From: Patescibacteria group bacterium
Lineage (GTDB): Bacteria > Patescibacteriota > UBA1384 > DATEAH01
Length of the DNA stretch: 64,000 bases
Reading direction: 5' to 3'
NCBI GenBank assembly: GCA_035288465.1
Contig: DATEAH010000001.1
Coordinates: forward strand, 4,739 to 68,738
A program made the position numbers and the translations under genes. Below the pieces are notes generated by a model that worked only from the letters and a program-made list of their open reading frames with translations, made no database searches and had not been told where the DNA came from. This document shows positions 47,884 to 57,363 of this stretch, piece after piece; the stretch's first letter is position 1, and every line of letters starts with the position of its first letter.

Positions 47884-49170
47884 ATGGCAAAAAATAGTTT
47901 AGTTTATGTTTGTGAGAATTGCGGTACCGAATTTTTAAAATGGCAAGGCAAGTGCTCGAATTGTGGTAACTGGAATAGCTTGGTTGAATATAAGCCAGCC
48001 ACCATTAAAGCCTCGGGTGGTAAAGCGCAAGCGGCAACGCCAATTGAATTTTCGGAAATTAAAATTGATGATGCACATCGATTTGGTTCAGGTTTTGGTG
48101 AAATCGATCGAGTTTTGGGTGGTGGAATTGTGGCCGGATCCGTCATTTTAATTGGCGGAGAACCAGGCATTGGCAAATCAACCCTGTTAATGCAGGTGGC
48201 GGGTAAGATTGATCAGGTTTTGTATGTTTCGGGCGAAGAATCAGCATCACAGTTAAAATTAAGAGCAAATCGACTTGGCACTAAAAACACCGGACAATTA
48301 TTAGTTGAAACAGATGTGAATGTAGTGGCGGCGACAATCGAAAAAGTTAAACCCAAATTAGTGATTATTGATTCTATCCAAGCTATGTTTGATGAATCAT
48401 ATCCCTCAACTGCTGGATCTTTGGTGCAAGTTAGGGAAACTGCTTTAAAATTACAACGCTTAGCAAAAAGTATTTTAGTGCCAATAGTTTTGGTTGGTCA
48501 TGTGACGAAAGAGGGAACCGTGGCTGGACCGAAGACTCTGGAGCATTTGGTAGATGTAGTTTTGTATTTGGAAGGCGAGCGATATCATGAAAATCGAATT
48601 TTAAGAACGGTGAAAAATCGTTATGGTGCCACCGATGAAATCGGCATTTTCCAAATAGTAGAAAAGGGTTTGGTGGAAGTTAAAAATCCGTCCCAGTTTT
48701 TTTTGAAAGAACGATTGGCAGTACCAGGTTCAGCGGTCACCGCGACTATTGAGGGAACGAGACCGTTGTTGGTGGAAATTCAAGCTTTAACCACGACCAC
48801 GGTTTTTGGCTATCCGCGGCGGACAGCGAGCGGTTTTGATTTAAATCGTTTACAGTTATTGATTGCGGTTTTAATTAAACGAGCGGGTTTGCAATTGGCT
48901 AGCCAAGATGTTTATATTAATGTAATTGGTGGGGTAAAATTAAGAGAACCGGCGTGTGATTTGGCGGTCGCGGTGGCGATTGCGTCTGCATTTAAAAATT
49001 ACAAAATTAAAGACAATTATTGTTTATTTGGTGAATTGGGATTATCTGGTGAAATTAGACCCGCTTTAGCCTTCGAAAAACGCGCCAAAGAAGCCGGTCG
49101 TTTGGGATTCAACAAGGTGGCTGAAAATAAAATTATTAATAAAGTTTTAGCAGAGGTATTGGAGAAGTAA
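47884..49170 (+). CDS. radA: DNA repair protein RadA (Sms)
   Basis: N-terminal Zn finger CENCGTEF...CSNCGNW, Walker A GGEPGIGKSTLL, and a Lon-like C-terminal domain. ATG at 47884. Confidence 0.9.
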   Translation: MAKNSLVYVCENCGTEFLKWQGKCSNCGNWNSLVEYKPATIKASGGKAQAATPIEFSEIKIDDAHRFGSGFGEIDRVLGGGIVAGSVILIGGEPGIGKSTLLMQVAGKIDQVLYVSGEESASQLKLRANRLGTKNTGQLLVETDVNVVAATIEKVKPKLVIIDSIQAMFDESYPSTAGSLVQVRETALKLQRLAKSILVPIVLVGHVTKEGTVAGPKTLEHLVDVVLYLEGERYHENRILRTVKNRYGATDEIGIFQIVEKGLVEVKNPSQFFLKERLAVPGSAVTATIEGTRPLLVEIQALTTTTVFGYPRRTASGFDLNRLQLLIAVLIKRAGLQLASQDVYINVIGGVKLREPACDLAVAVAIASAFKNYKIKDNYCLFGELGLSGEIRPALAFEKRAKEAGRLGFNKVAENKIINKVLAEVLEK

Positions 49171-49512
49171 ATGGGAATAATTGTTGAATTTAATCCTGAT
49201 TTGGCCTTGCGTGATTGGTCTGAATTTCAAAAAAAGAGGCGGAAAAAACAAGAATGTATTCCGCAAAAATTACAAACCGGAAAGATTTATGATTTTTTAA
49301 AAAAAGGACATCGAAATTATTGGTTAATGGGTGAGTGCCCGTTAGTAAAAATTAAAGGTCAAGGAAATTTATCCAGGCCGATTGCAAGCATTATTATTTT
49401 AGAAGCGACTCATTTGCTAATTAAAAATGAGCCATACACAAAAGGAAAATATAAAGTTATTGAAATATTTGATGACGATCAAATCCATTTTGATGGTTTT
49501 ACAAAAATATAA
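49171..49512 (+). CDS. Hypothetical protein, 113 aa
   Basis: Directly abuts the radA stop. No family recognised with confidence. Confidence 0.4.
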   Translation: MGIIVEFNPDLALRDWSEFQKKRRKKQECIPQKLQTGKIYDFLKKGHRNYWLMGECPLVKIKGQGNLSRPIASIIILEATHLLIKNEPYTKGKYKVIEIFDDDQIHFDGFTKI

Positions 49513-49535
49513 ATCAAATTTTAAGGAACAATAAA

Positions 49536-49868
49536 ATGAGAAAAGTTTATAATAAATTAATTAGGGATAAAATTCCAGAAATTATTGTGGCGGCAGGTGA
49601 AGACCCAAAAATTAAAAAATTAAATAAAAAAGAATTTAATATTGAATTATCAAAAAAAGTTTTGGAAGAGGCAAAGGAATTAACAATTGCGAAAACGAAA
49701 AAAGATATTTTGAGTGAAGTTGTTGATATTCAAGAGCTTTTGGATTGGATAATCAAAGAGCAAAAATTAAATCGTTCTAAGATTAAAAAATTTCAGAAAG
49801 AAAAAAATATAAAACGCGGCAGTTTTAAAAAACAGTTATTTTTAGAATATACAATAGTAAAAAAATAG
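49536..49868 (+). CDS. MazG-like all-alpha nucleoside triphosphate pyrophosphohydrolase family protein (tentative)
   Basis: N-terminus KLIRDKIPEII resembles the conserved start of the COG4997/MazG-like house-cleaning NTP-PPases. Confidence 0.45.
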   Translation: MRKVYNKLIRDKIPEIIVAAGEDPKIKKLNKKEFNIELSKKVLEEAKELTIAKTKKDILSEVVDIQELLDWIIKEQKLNRSKIKKFQKEKNIKRGSFKKQLFLEYTIVKK

Positions 49869-49891
49869 TTTTTACTTTAAGCGGATTTTAG

Positions 49892-49920
49892 TTGACATTG
49901 GTATTATTTACGATTATAAT
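49892..49920 (+). promoter_or_regulatory. Strong sigma70-type promoter TTGACA-17-TATAAT
   Basis: ttgaca ttggtattatttacgat tataat. Confidence 0.55.
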
Positions 49921-49983
49921 AATGACAGCGTGGATGATCCTAATCTACAGAACCCGAACATGATCGAGAAGGGGTGATAGGAA

Positions 49984-50451
49984 ATGTTGCCGTTGCCAAT
50001 CTGGTTCCGAGAAGCTTGTGTGGCGATTAATCTTATAGGTATCTGGTATTTTATTGTGGGTAGGAAATTTCTTATTGGTAAATTGGATCGGAATCAAACT
50101 TATTCTAAAATGATGATTTTTCTAAGTTTTGCTTTGATGTTGCTTGGTGTGGGAATGATGTTGGCTGCACTTGTTAACCCACAGACTAATCTCGCGACTG
50201 TTATCGATATTGTCGGCATAATCCTTACGGTTTTCGTTTTCGCAAACCTGTATTATGCGCATCATCAAGTTTATATGTATTACCGCTACACCGGGATAAA
50301 GGAAGCTGTAAAGATGGAATTGATAAATTCGGGAACTGCTCGGAAATATCAGCAAGATATGTATTCGATATTTTGGTGGTTTAAGGTCGTTTGGCCCATT
50401 ATTAAAGAAGATCGCAAGAAATATGTTCATCTACAATACAAAGATTTGTAG
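49984..50451 (+). CDS. Hypothetical membrane protein, 155 aa
   Basis: Three or four TM helices. GC-richer than neighbours. RBS aggggtga. Confidence 0.5.
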   Translation: MLPLPIWFREACVAINLIGIWYFIVGRKFLIGKLDRNQTYSKMMIFLSFALMLLGVGMMLAALVNPQTNLATVIDIVGIILTVFVFANLYYAHHQVYMYYRYTGIKEAVKMELINSGTARKYQQDMYSIFWWFKVVWPIIKEDRKKYVHLQYKDL

Positions 50452-50503
50452 TATTTCTCCCAGCGCTTCATCTAATTATCCACACCTTTTTTGTTCCCAG
50501 TTC

Positions 50504-50535
50504 GGGACGAGGACAGATTTCTTCGTCCCTTTTTA
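50504..50535 (+). terminator. Rho-independent terminator
   Basis: gggacgagg...cttcgtccc hairpin plus TTTTT. Confidence 0.6.
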
Positions 50536-50657
50536 ATTTGTTAAATTTTTTTAATAGGTTTTAATTACTATTGTTCTAATTTGAAAAATATGAGATAATA
50601 TTATCAGAGTAAAATACCAAATTATTTACTCTTATATTAATTTTAGAAAGGAAAATA

Positions 50658-51536
50658 ATGCAATTTGATCCCGCGAGTTTAGGAATTATTATTGTCGGTG
50701 CGTCTTTATTTTATTTTTTAGGTCGTCGAAGTTTAGCGGTCTTATCTGCTCAGAATGTTCAAGAAAATAAAATTATCGTTGATACGTCGTCATTAATCGA
50801 TGGCCGAATTTTAGAAGTGGCAAAAACTGGTTTTTTAACCGGTAAATTAATCATTTATAGTTTTATCTTATCTGAGCTCCAAAATATTGCCGATTCATCT
50901 GATCCCTTGCGTCGCGCTAAGGGACGTCGGGGATTGAGAATTTTAAAGAGTTTACAAAAGCTGCCTTTTTTTGAGGTTAAAATTGTCGAATCTGAGATCG
51001 AAGATGTTTCTGGAATTGACGCAAAGTTAGTTGAAAAAGCTAAGGAAATCGAAGGTAAAATATTAACCACTGATTATAATTTAAATGAAGTGGCGAAGAT
51101 TCAAAGTGTCATAATTTTAAATATTAATGAATTATCTAATGCAATTAAACCAGTGTTATTGCCTGGAGAAGAAACTGAAGTAAAAGTTGTTCAGAAAGGC
51201 AAAGAACACGGTCAGGGCGTCGGTTATTTAGAAGATGGCACGATGATTGTGGTTGAAGATGGTGAGAAGTTTTTGGGTCGTAAGGTCCATTGTGAGGTTT
51301 CGCGAATTTTTCAAACTGATGCGGGCCGGATGATTTTTGTCAAACCCAAAGAATTGCCAAAGCGAAATTTTGTTAGCAAACAATTTTCAAATATTTTTCG
51401 TCGACCTCAGTTTTTTAGCCCTCGTCCTAAAAATAATCCATATCATAAAAATAATTACAACCATAAAAAAAATAATCCAAACAACAACAATAACAATAAC
51501 AATAATAATAATAATAATCAATATCGTTCTAATTAA
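50658..51536 (+). CDS. PIN and TRAM domain membrane protein (YacL-like) with a poly-Asn C-terminal tail
   Basis: N-terminal TM helix, PIN core IVDTSSLIDGRI, and TRAM domain ...HCEVSRIFQTDAGRMIFVKP. Tail reads NNPNNNNNNNNNNNNNNQYRSN. Confidence 0.65.
   Translation: MQFDPASLGIIIVGASLFYFLGRRSLAVLSAQNVQENKIIVDTSSLIDGRILEVAKTGFLTGKLIIYSFILSELQNIADSSDPLRRAKGRRGLRILKSLQKLPFFEVKIVESEIEDVSGIDAKLVEKAKEIEGKILTTDYNLNEVAKIQSVIILNINELSNAIKPVLLPGEETEVKVVQKGKEHGQGVGYLEDGTMIVVEDGEKFLGRKVHCEVSRIFQTDAGRMIFVKPKELPKRNFVSKQFSNIFRRPQFFSPRPKNNPYHKNNYNHKKNNPNNNNNNNNNNNNNQYRSN
51478..51518. repeat. (AAC/AAT)n microsatellite encoding the poly-Asn tract
   Basis: aacaacaacaataacaataacaataataataataataat. Confidence 0.7.
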
Positions 51537-51569
51537 TTTGTTGAAAATATTAAATTTTAGAGAACTAAG

Positions 51570-54380
51570 TTAAAGAGCCTGCCCAGAATATTTATTTGAA
51601 TTTGAATTTTCGTTGTTTGAATAATCAACCGGTCTAAAAACAAAGTAATAAGTTTGACCAGAAATCAGGCCAGTAATAGTAATTTGATGGTTTGAAGTTT
51701 TAGTATACCTATTTGCAACAGAAGGTATAAAACCAGCATCAGTACTTTTATAAATATTTGTTCCTGAAAAATCAGCATCTGAAGGATTTGTCCAGGTTAG
51801 AGTAATTTGTCCGGCCCCTGGTCCTGGCGTGATCGAAACACCACTAACTTCGCCAGGTGGGGATGAGTCTGGGGCAACAGTAACTTCTATAGAGTGAGTC
51901 GCGGAATAATCGCCCCGATCAATAATTTCAGCTTTAATTTTATGACTACCAGCCGATAATGAATTCATATCATAAGTAAAACTAAAGGGAGATGAGGCAC
52001 GGCTACCAACATAAATATCATCAATATAATATTGAACTTTACTCACTCCATTTGGAGCAGTAACGGAAACCTTAATTGTGGTTCCGCCAGAAACATTTGC
52101 CCCAGCTGTTGGAGAGGTAATGACAATTTTTGGTTTATTAGCTTCGGTGTGAATTGGGCAAACTTCAGTGGGGGCAAGTGATCCCAAGCCAGCACTTTTT
52201 GCCCAGGCTCTGACCGGACCTTCCCAGTTTGGTTTATCGGGTACTTCGGAATGAATATTAGCAAAAGTAACTTCTTTTTTAAGCGAGGGTGGAGTTAGGT
52301 CTGTGGCTAATTTATCACCACAAGACATATCGATCGTGGCAGTGGTGTATAAATCCGCTCGGTCTTTAGGAAGCTGCCAACTGGCAAAAATATCTGTTCT
52401 CAAGCCTAATGGTGAAGTTTTACCTGGCAATAAGCCAGTTAAAGCATCAACAGTTGCGTCTTGAATTCCTTGAGGTTTAGCAAAATCTTCGTTTGGTTTA
52501 CCTGATAATGATTTTTCCATAAAGCTATGCCACAAGGGGGCAGCTGCCATGGCACCGGCGCCATTATTATACATTGGTGAATTATCATTATTTCCAACCC
52601 AAACCCCAGTTACTAATGAAGGAGTATAGCCGACTGTCCAAGCGTCTCTATAATTTTGAGCGGTACCAGTTTTGGCTGCGACAGTGCGGTCTGGAAAATA
52701 TAAGGCTGAGCGAGATCCAAACATCGGGGATCGAGCTTGATTGTCAGACAAGATTGAAGAAATTTCATATGCAATTTGTGAATCTAAGATTTGTTTGGGT
52801 TTGGTGTCTTTTTTCTCTTCTAAAACCTTTCCCCGGCTATCAGTAACTTTAAGAATTGGCGAAACATCAAATTTACTGCCTTGATTGGCAAAGACTGAAT
52901 ATGCGCCGGTTAATTCTAATAATTTAATCTCGCCTCCGCCCAAAACCAATGATAAACCATATCGGTCAGGATCATTAAGGGTGGTGATACCCATTTCATG
53001 GGCAGTGTTTAGGGAATTATTCATACCAGCTAAATAAAGCATTTTTACCGCCGGGATATTTAAGGAATTGGCAAGCGCGTGGCGAATTGAAACTGGACCG
53101 CTCGTTCGGCCATTATAGTTATCCGGCGTATAACCTCCGCCAAAATCAGTCGTTAAATCGAAAAGTGTTGAGGCTGGTGACCATTTGTCTTTAAAAGCGG
53201 TGGCATAAACTATCGGTTTAAAAGATGAACCCGGAGATCGCTTGGCAATGGTGACATTGACATTACCTTGATTTTCAAGATTAAAATAATCTATTGATCC
53301 TACCATGGCTAAAATTTGTCCATTTTTAGGATCAATTGAAACTATTCCAGCATTTGAGGCGCCAGAATGCGATAAAACTTTTTTTGATTCTTGTTCAATG
53401 ACCTCTTCGGCAATTTTTTGTTTGTCGGGATCGAGAGTGGTGGTAACTTTTAGGCCCCCTTCTTCGACGATTTGATCACCATATTTTGCCGCTAGAACTT
53501 CTTTAACATACATCACAAAGTGAGGAGCAATAATATTTTCTTTACGTCGGGCAAAGACAATTTTTTGTTTTTTAGCTTTAGTCGCATCTTCCTTGGAAAT
53601 CATTTTTAAATTGACCATGCGGTCTAAAACATAATTTTTCCGTTTTAATAATTCATCACTGTGACCACCATAGGGTGAATAATAAGAGGGTGCTCGAGTC
53701 ATCGCGGCTAAAATTGCAGATTCAGCCAGGGTTAAATCTTTGGCATTTTTATCAAAATAAGTTTGCGATGCCGCTTCAACGCCATAAGCGTTGCTGCCGT
53801 ATGGAATTTCATTTAAATACATCGTAACAATTTCGTCTTTGGAAAACATAATTTCTAATTCAATGGCTAAAATTGCTTCTTTTATTTTTCTGATCAATGT
53901 CCTTTTCGGGTAAAGGAGGGCATTTTTAACATACTGCTGAGTAATGGTTGAGCCGCCCTGTAAATATTTTGAGCGACGAAAAACGTCATTATATAAAGCT
54001 CTGGCGACCCCGCGAAAATCAATGCCATGATGATGATAAAAGTTTGCATCTTCGGCCGCAATCGTGGCATTTTTAACTGAATCTGGAATTTCATTATATT
54101 TTAAGGAAATTCGTTTCTGATTACCGTAAATCGCATAAAGCAAATTGCCATTTCGATCAGTAATTTGTGTTGACTCTGCCGAACGATGACTTTTGATTCT
54201 GCCTGGTGTAGGTAAGTCCTTGGAAATCCAAGCTAAGCCACCCAATAAAATAACACCAATACTTATCAATATATATAGGAATACCTTTTTTTGCTTTTTA
54301 GATTTTAGCGGGAATGGCCAGAGTTTTTTCCCGAATTTTCTAATTGGATTTTTACTCGGGACCCAAAAAGCTTTTCTCAT
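51570..54380 (-). CDS. mrcA: Class A penicillin-binding protein (bifunctional glycosyltransferase/transpeptidase) with a C-terminal Ig/FN3-like extension
   Basis: GT51 motifs EDANFYHHHGID, GGSTITQQYVKN, RKIKEA. Transpeptidase motifs SSFKP, SLN, KTGTAQ. About 280 extra C-terminal residues rich in beta-strand repeats. Confidence 0.9.
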   Translation of the reverse strand: MRKAFWVPSKNPIRKFGKKLWPFPLKSKKQKKVFLYILISIGVILLGGLAWISKDLPTPGRIKSHRSAESTQITDRNGNLLYAIYGNQKRISLKYNEIPDSVKNATIAAEDANFYHHHGIDFRGVARALYNDVFRRSKYLQGGSTITQQYVKNALLYPKRTLIRKIKEAILAIELEIMFSKDEIVTMYLNEIPYGSNAYGVEAASQTYFDKNAKDLTLAESAILAAMTRAPSYYSPYGGHSDELLKRKNYVLDRMVNLKMISKEDATKAKKQKIVFARRKENIIAPHFVMYVKEVLAAKYGDQIVEEGGLKVTTTLDPDKQKIAEEVIEQESKKVLSHSGASNAGIVSIDPKNGQILAMVGSIDYFNLENQGNVNVTIAKRSPGSSFKPIVYATAFKDKWSPASTLFDLTTDFGGGYTPDNYNGRTSGPVSIRHALANSLNIPAVKMLYLAGMNNSLNTAHEMGITTLNDPDRYGLSLVLGGGEIKLLELTGAYSVFANQGSKFDVSPILKVTDSRGKVLEEKKDTKPKQILDSQIAYEISSILSDNQARSPMFGSRSALYFPDRTVAAKTGTAQNYRDAWTVGYTPSLVTGVWVGNNDNSPMYNNGAGAMAAAPLWHSFMEKSLSGKPNEDFAKPQGIQDATVDALTGLLPGKTSPLGLRTDIFASWQLPKDRADLYTTATIDMSCGDKLATDLTPPSLKKEVTFANIHSEVPDKPNWEGPVRAWAKSAGLGSLAPTEVCPIHTEANKPKIVITSPTAGANVSGGTTIKVSVTAPNGVSKVQYYIDDIYVGSRASSPFSFTYDMNSLSAGSHKIKAEIIDRGDYSATHSIEVTVAPDSSPPGEVSGVSITPGPGAGQITLTWTNPSDADFSGTNIYKSTDAGFIPSVANRYTKTSNHQITITGLISGQTYYFVFRPVDYSNNENSNSNKYSGQAL

Positions 54381-54506
54381 TACTTACTCCTTATTTATTA
54401 AAAATTAGGGGTGACAGCCGACTTGCCCAAGTTCCGCCAAATGCGGAACGAGGGTGGGCTTAGCCCATCGGCGCCAGAGGGGGCGGAGCCCCCTATGGAA
54501 AAACTA

Positions 54507-54535
54507 TTTACATTATACTAATTATTCCGTATAAT
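54507..54535 (+). promoter_or_regulatory. Promoter TTTACA-17-TATAAT upstream of tyrS
   Basis: tttaca ttatactaattattccg tataat. Confidence 0.5.
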
Positions 54536-54584
54536 AACAAGTAAATAGAAGCTAAATTGAGATTTATCAAATTGAGAGGTAAAA

Positions 54585-55757
54585 ATGTCTAAAGCTAAAA
54601 AATTATTAGGTAATGGTATTGTCGAAATTCATGAGGAAGAGTCGTTAGAAAAAAAATTAAATTCTGGCCGGAAGTTGCGAATAAAACACGGAATCGATCC
54701 GACTGGTCCTAAAATTCATCTTGGTCGAGCGATCCAATTTTCTAAATTAAAAAAACTTCAAGATGCAGGCCATAAGATCGTCCTAATTATTGGTGATTTT
54801 ACCGCTCAAATTGGCGATGCTTCAGATAAAATTGCGGCAAGAAAATCTCTCGCTGAGGCGGAAATTAAAAAGAATTTATCAAATTATACCGAACAAATCG
54901 GTCGTATCATTAATCTTGACAAAACTGAAATTAGATATAATAGCGAATGGTTGTCAAGAATGACAGCTGGCGAGTTATTGCAATTAGCAACGAGTTTTAC
55001 GGTTCATCAGCTAATTCACCGGCGTAATTTTAGTGAGCGCTGGAAAAAGGGTGATAAAATTGGTTTACATGAAATTTTATATCCATTATTGCAAGGTTAT
55101 GACTCGGTCGCAGTTAAGGCGGATGTGGAAATTGGTGGCACAGACCAACTATTTAACCTACTGGCTGGACGGATTATCCAAAAAAAATTTGGCCAGCAAC
55201 CTCAAGACGTAATTACTTTTGAAATGCTCCCAGGTTTAGACGGACGTAAAATGTCGACTAGTTGGGGGAACGGCGTTTATATATTAGATGAACCTGATGA
55301 AATGTATGGCAAAATTATGTCCATGCATGACGATCAAATTATGACCTATGCTAAATTATGCACAGATTTATCTGAGGACGAACTTGGAAAATTTAAAAAT
55401 CCACGTGACCAAAAAGCATATTTAGCTCTGGAAATTGTAAAATTATATCATGGTGAAAACAAGGCTAAGAAAGCAGGTATAGAGTTTGACCGAATTTTTA
55501 AGTCAAAAGATTTGCCTTCTGATATTGATGAAATTAAGATTGATCAAAAAGAAATTGGCGTAATTGATTTATTTGTTAATAATAAATTAGTTTCTTCACG
55601 GTCTGAGGCAAAAAGGTTAATTGAACAAGGCGCAGTGAAAAAAATAGTTAATAATCAACAATCAGTAATCAACAATATTGATGAGAAAATTAAAATAGAT
55701 GATGGGATGGTTTTTAAAATTGGTAAACGAAAATTCGTAAAGATTAAAACGAAATAA
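54585..55757 (+). CDS. tyrS: Tyrosyl-tRNA synthetase
   Basis: HIGH-region GIDPTGPKIHLGRA, KMSTS (KMSKS variant), and a C-terminal S4 domain. Confidence 0.8.
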   Translation: MSKAKKLLGNGIVEIHEEESLEKKLNSGRKLRIKHGIDPTGPKIHLGRAIQFSKLKKLQDAGHKIVLIIGDFTAQIGDASDKIAARKSLAEAEIKKNLSNYTEQIGRIINLDKTEIRYNSEWLSRMTAGELLQLATSFTVHQLIHRRNFSERWKKGDKIGLHEILYPLLQGYDSVAVKADVEIGGTDQLFNLLAGRIIQKKFGQQPQDVITFEMLPGLDGRKMSTSWGNGVYILDEPDEMYGKIMSMHDDQIMTYAKLCTDLSEDELGKFKNPRDQKAYLALEIVKLYHGENKAKKAGIEFDRIFKSKDLPSDIDEIKIDQKEIGVIDLFVNNKLVSSRSEAKRLIEQGAVKKIVNNQQSVINNIDEKIKIDDGMVFKIGKRKFVKIKTK

Positions 55758-55758
55758 A

Positions 55759-57321
55759 ATGAAAAAAAATATCATCGAATTATTAGAAAAATTATATCCT
55801 GAGGAAAAATCAATTCGAGTGGAAGTTCCTCAGGAAAAAAATTATGGCGATTATGCCTGCAATTTGGCTTTTGTAATGGCTAAAAAATTAAAGAAAAACC
55901 CTACTGAGGTTGCTAAAGATATTGCGACGAAAATTATAGCGGGAAAACCAGAATTTTTAGAAAAAGTTGAAGCTAAAGCTGGTTTTGTAAATTTTCACTT
56001 AAAATCAGATCATCTGCAACAACAGATTCTAAAAATCATCGATCTAAAAGATAAATATGGTCAAAATAATAGTGGTCAAAACCAAAAAATTCAAGTGGAG
56101 TTTGTTTCGGCAAATCCGACCGGGCCATTAACAATTGGCAATGCTCGAGGCGGGGTAATTGGTGATGTTTTAGCTTCGGTTTTAACTAATTCTGGATATC
56201 GAGTTTGTCGTGAGTATTATTTTAATGATGCGGGTGGTCAAATCGATGTTTTGGGTCACTCAGTATTAAAAGACGATCTGGCTGAATACAAAGGAGATTA
56301 TATCGATAAATTGAATTTAGAGAATCAGGAAAAAGATTATCGCCAAGCTGGCATTAAGGCCGCTCAAAAAATTATTTTACAAATAAAAAAAACATGTACA
56401 GATTTAGGGATTAATTTTGATGTTTGGTTTGCTGAAGGTAAGGATCTGCGAGAAAAAGATAAAGTCATTTTTATAATTAATTGGCTTAAAAAGAAAAATT
56501 TAAGTTATGAAAAAGATGGGGCAATTTGGTTTAAGTCAAAACAATTTGGAGATGATAAAGATCGAGTTTTAATCAAAAAAGACCAAAACCCGACATATTT
56601 TGCGGTAGATTGTGCGTACCATTACAATAAATTTATGGAACGGAAGTTTGAACGGGTAATTGATGTTTGGGGCGCAGATCACCATGGCGATATGAAAAGA
56701 GTAGAAGGTTTTGTGAAAGCTCTAGGCTTTGCGGATAAATTTAAAATAATTCTGCATCAGTTTGTGCAAATTGTAAAAGACAAGAAGCCGGTACGAATGT
56801 CAAAAAGATCAGGAAATTATATTTTGGTTGATGAAGTTTTAAAAGAAGTTGGTTTAGACGTTTTGCGCTTTTTTATGCTTCAATATTCCGCCAATGCACA
56901 TTTGAATTTTGATTTAAAATTAGCCAAAGAAAGATCGAAAAAAAATCCAGTTTTTTATATCCAATATGCCCACGCTCGAATAAATAGTATAATCGCTAAA
57001 TCAAAAATAGAAAATTTAGAATTTAAATCCACGAATTTAAATTTAAAATTATTAAAAAATAAAGAGGAAATTAATTTAATCAAAAAATTGATTCAGTATC
57101 CAGATATTGTTTTGCAAACCAGTCAAGATTTTCAAGTGCAAAGATTACCCATCTGTGCCATTGAATTAGCAGATACTTTCCATAATTTTTATGAGAAATG
57201 CCAGGTAATTTCTAATAATAACGAAGAAACTAAAGCCCGTTTAGCTTTAGTAACGGCTTGTCAGATAGTATTAAAGAATTGTTTAGAACTAATGGGTATT
57301 TCGGCGCCGAGAAAAATGTAA
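55759..57321 (+). CDS. argS: Arginyl-tRNA synthetase
   Basis: SANPTGPLTIGNARGG (HIGH-like) and a C-terminal DALR anticodon-binding domain. 520 aa. Confidence 0.9.
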   Translation: MKKNIIELLEKLYPEEKSIRVEVPQEKNYGDYACNLAFVMAKKLKKNPTEVAKDIATKIIAGKPEFLEKVEAKAGFVNFHLKSDHLQQQILKIIDLKDKYGQNNSGQNQKIQVEFVSANPTGPLTIGNARGGVIGDVLASVLTNSGYRVCREYYFNDAGGQIDVLGHSVLKDDLAEYKGDYIDKLNLENQEKDYRQAGIKAAQKIILQIKKTCTDLGINFDVWFAEGKDLREKDKVIFIINWLKKKNLSYEKDGAIWFKSKQFGDDKDRVLIKKDQNPTYFAVDCAYHYNKFMERKFERVIDVWGADHHGDMKRVEGFVKALGFADKFKIILHQFVQIVKDKKPVRMSKRSGNYILVDEVLKEVGLDVLRFFMLQYSANAHLNFDLKLAKERSKKNPVFYIQYAHARINSIIAKSKIENLEFKSTNLNLKLLKNKEEINLIKKLIQYPDIVLQTSQDFQVQRLPICAIELADTFHNFYEKCQVISNNNEETKARLALVTACQIVLKNCLELMGISAPRKM

Positions 57322-57363
57322 AAAAATAGAGTTTTGGCATCTAATTTTGAAAACTTAGCTTAC

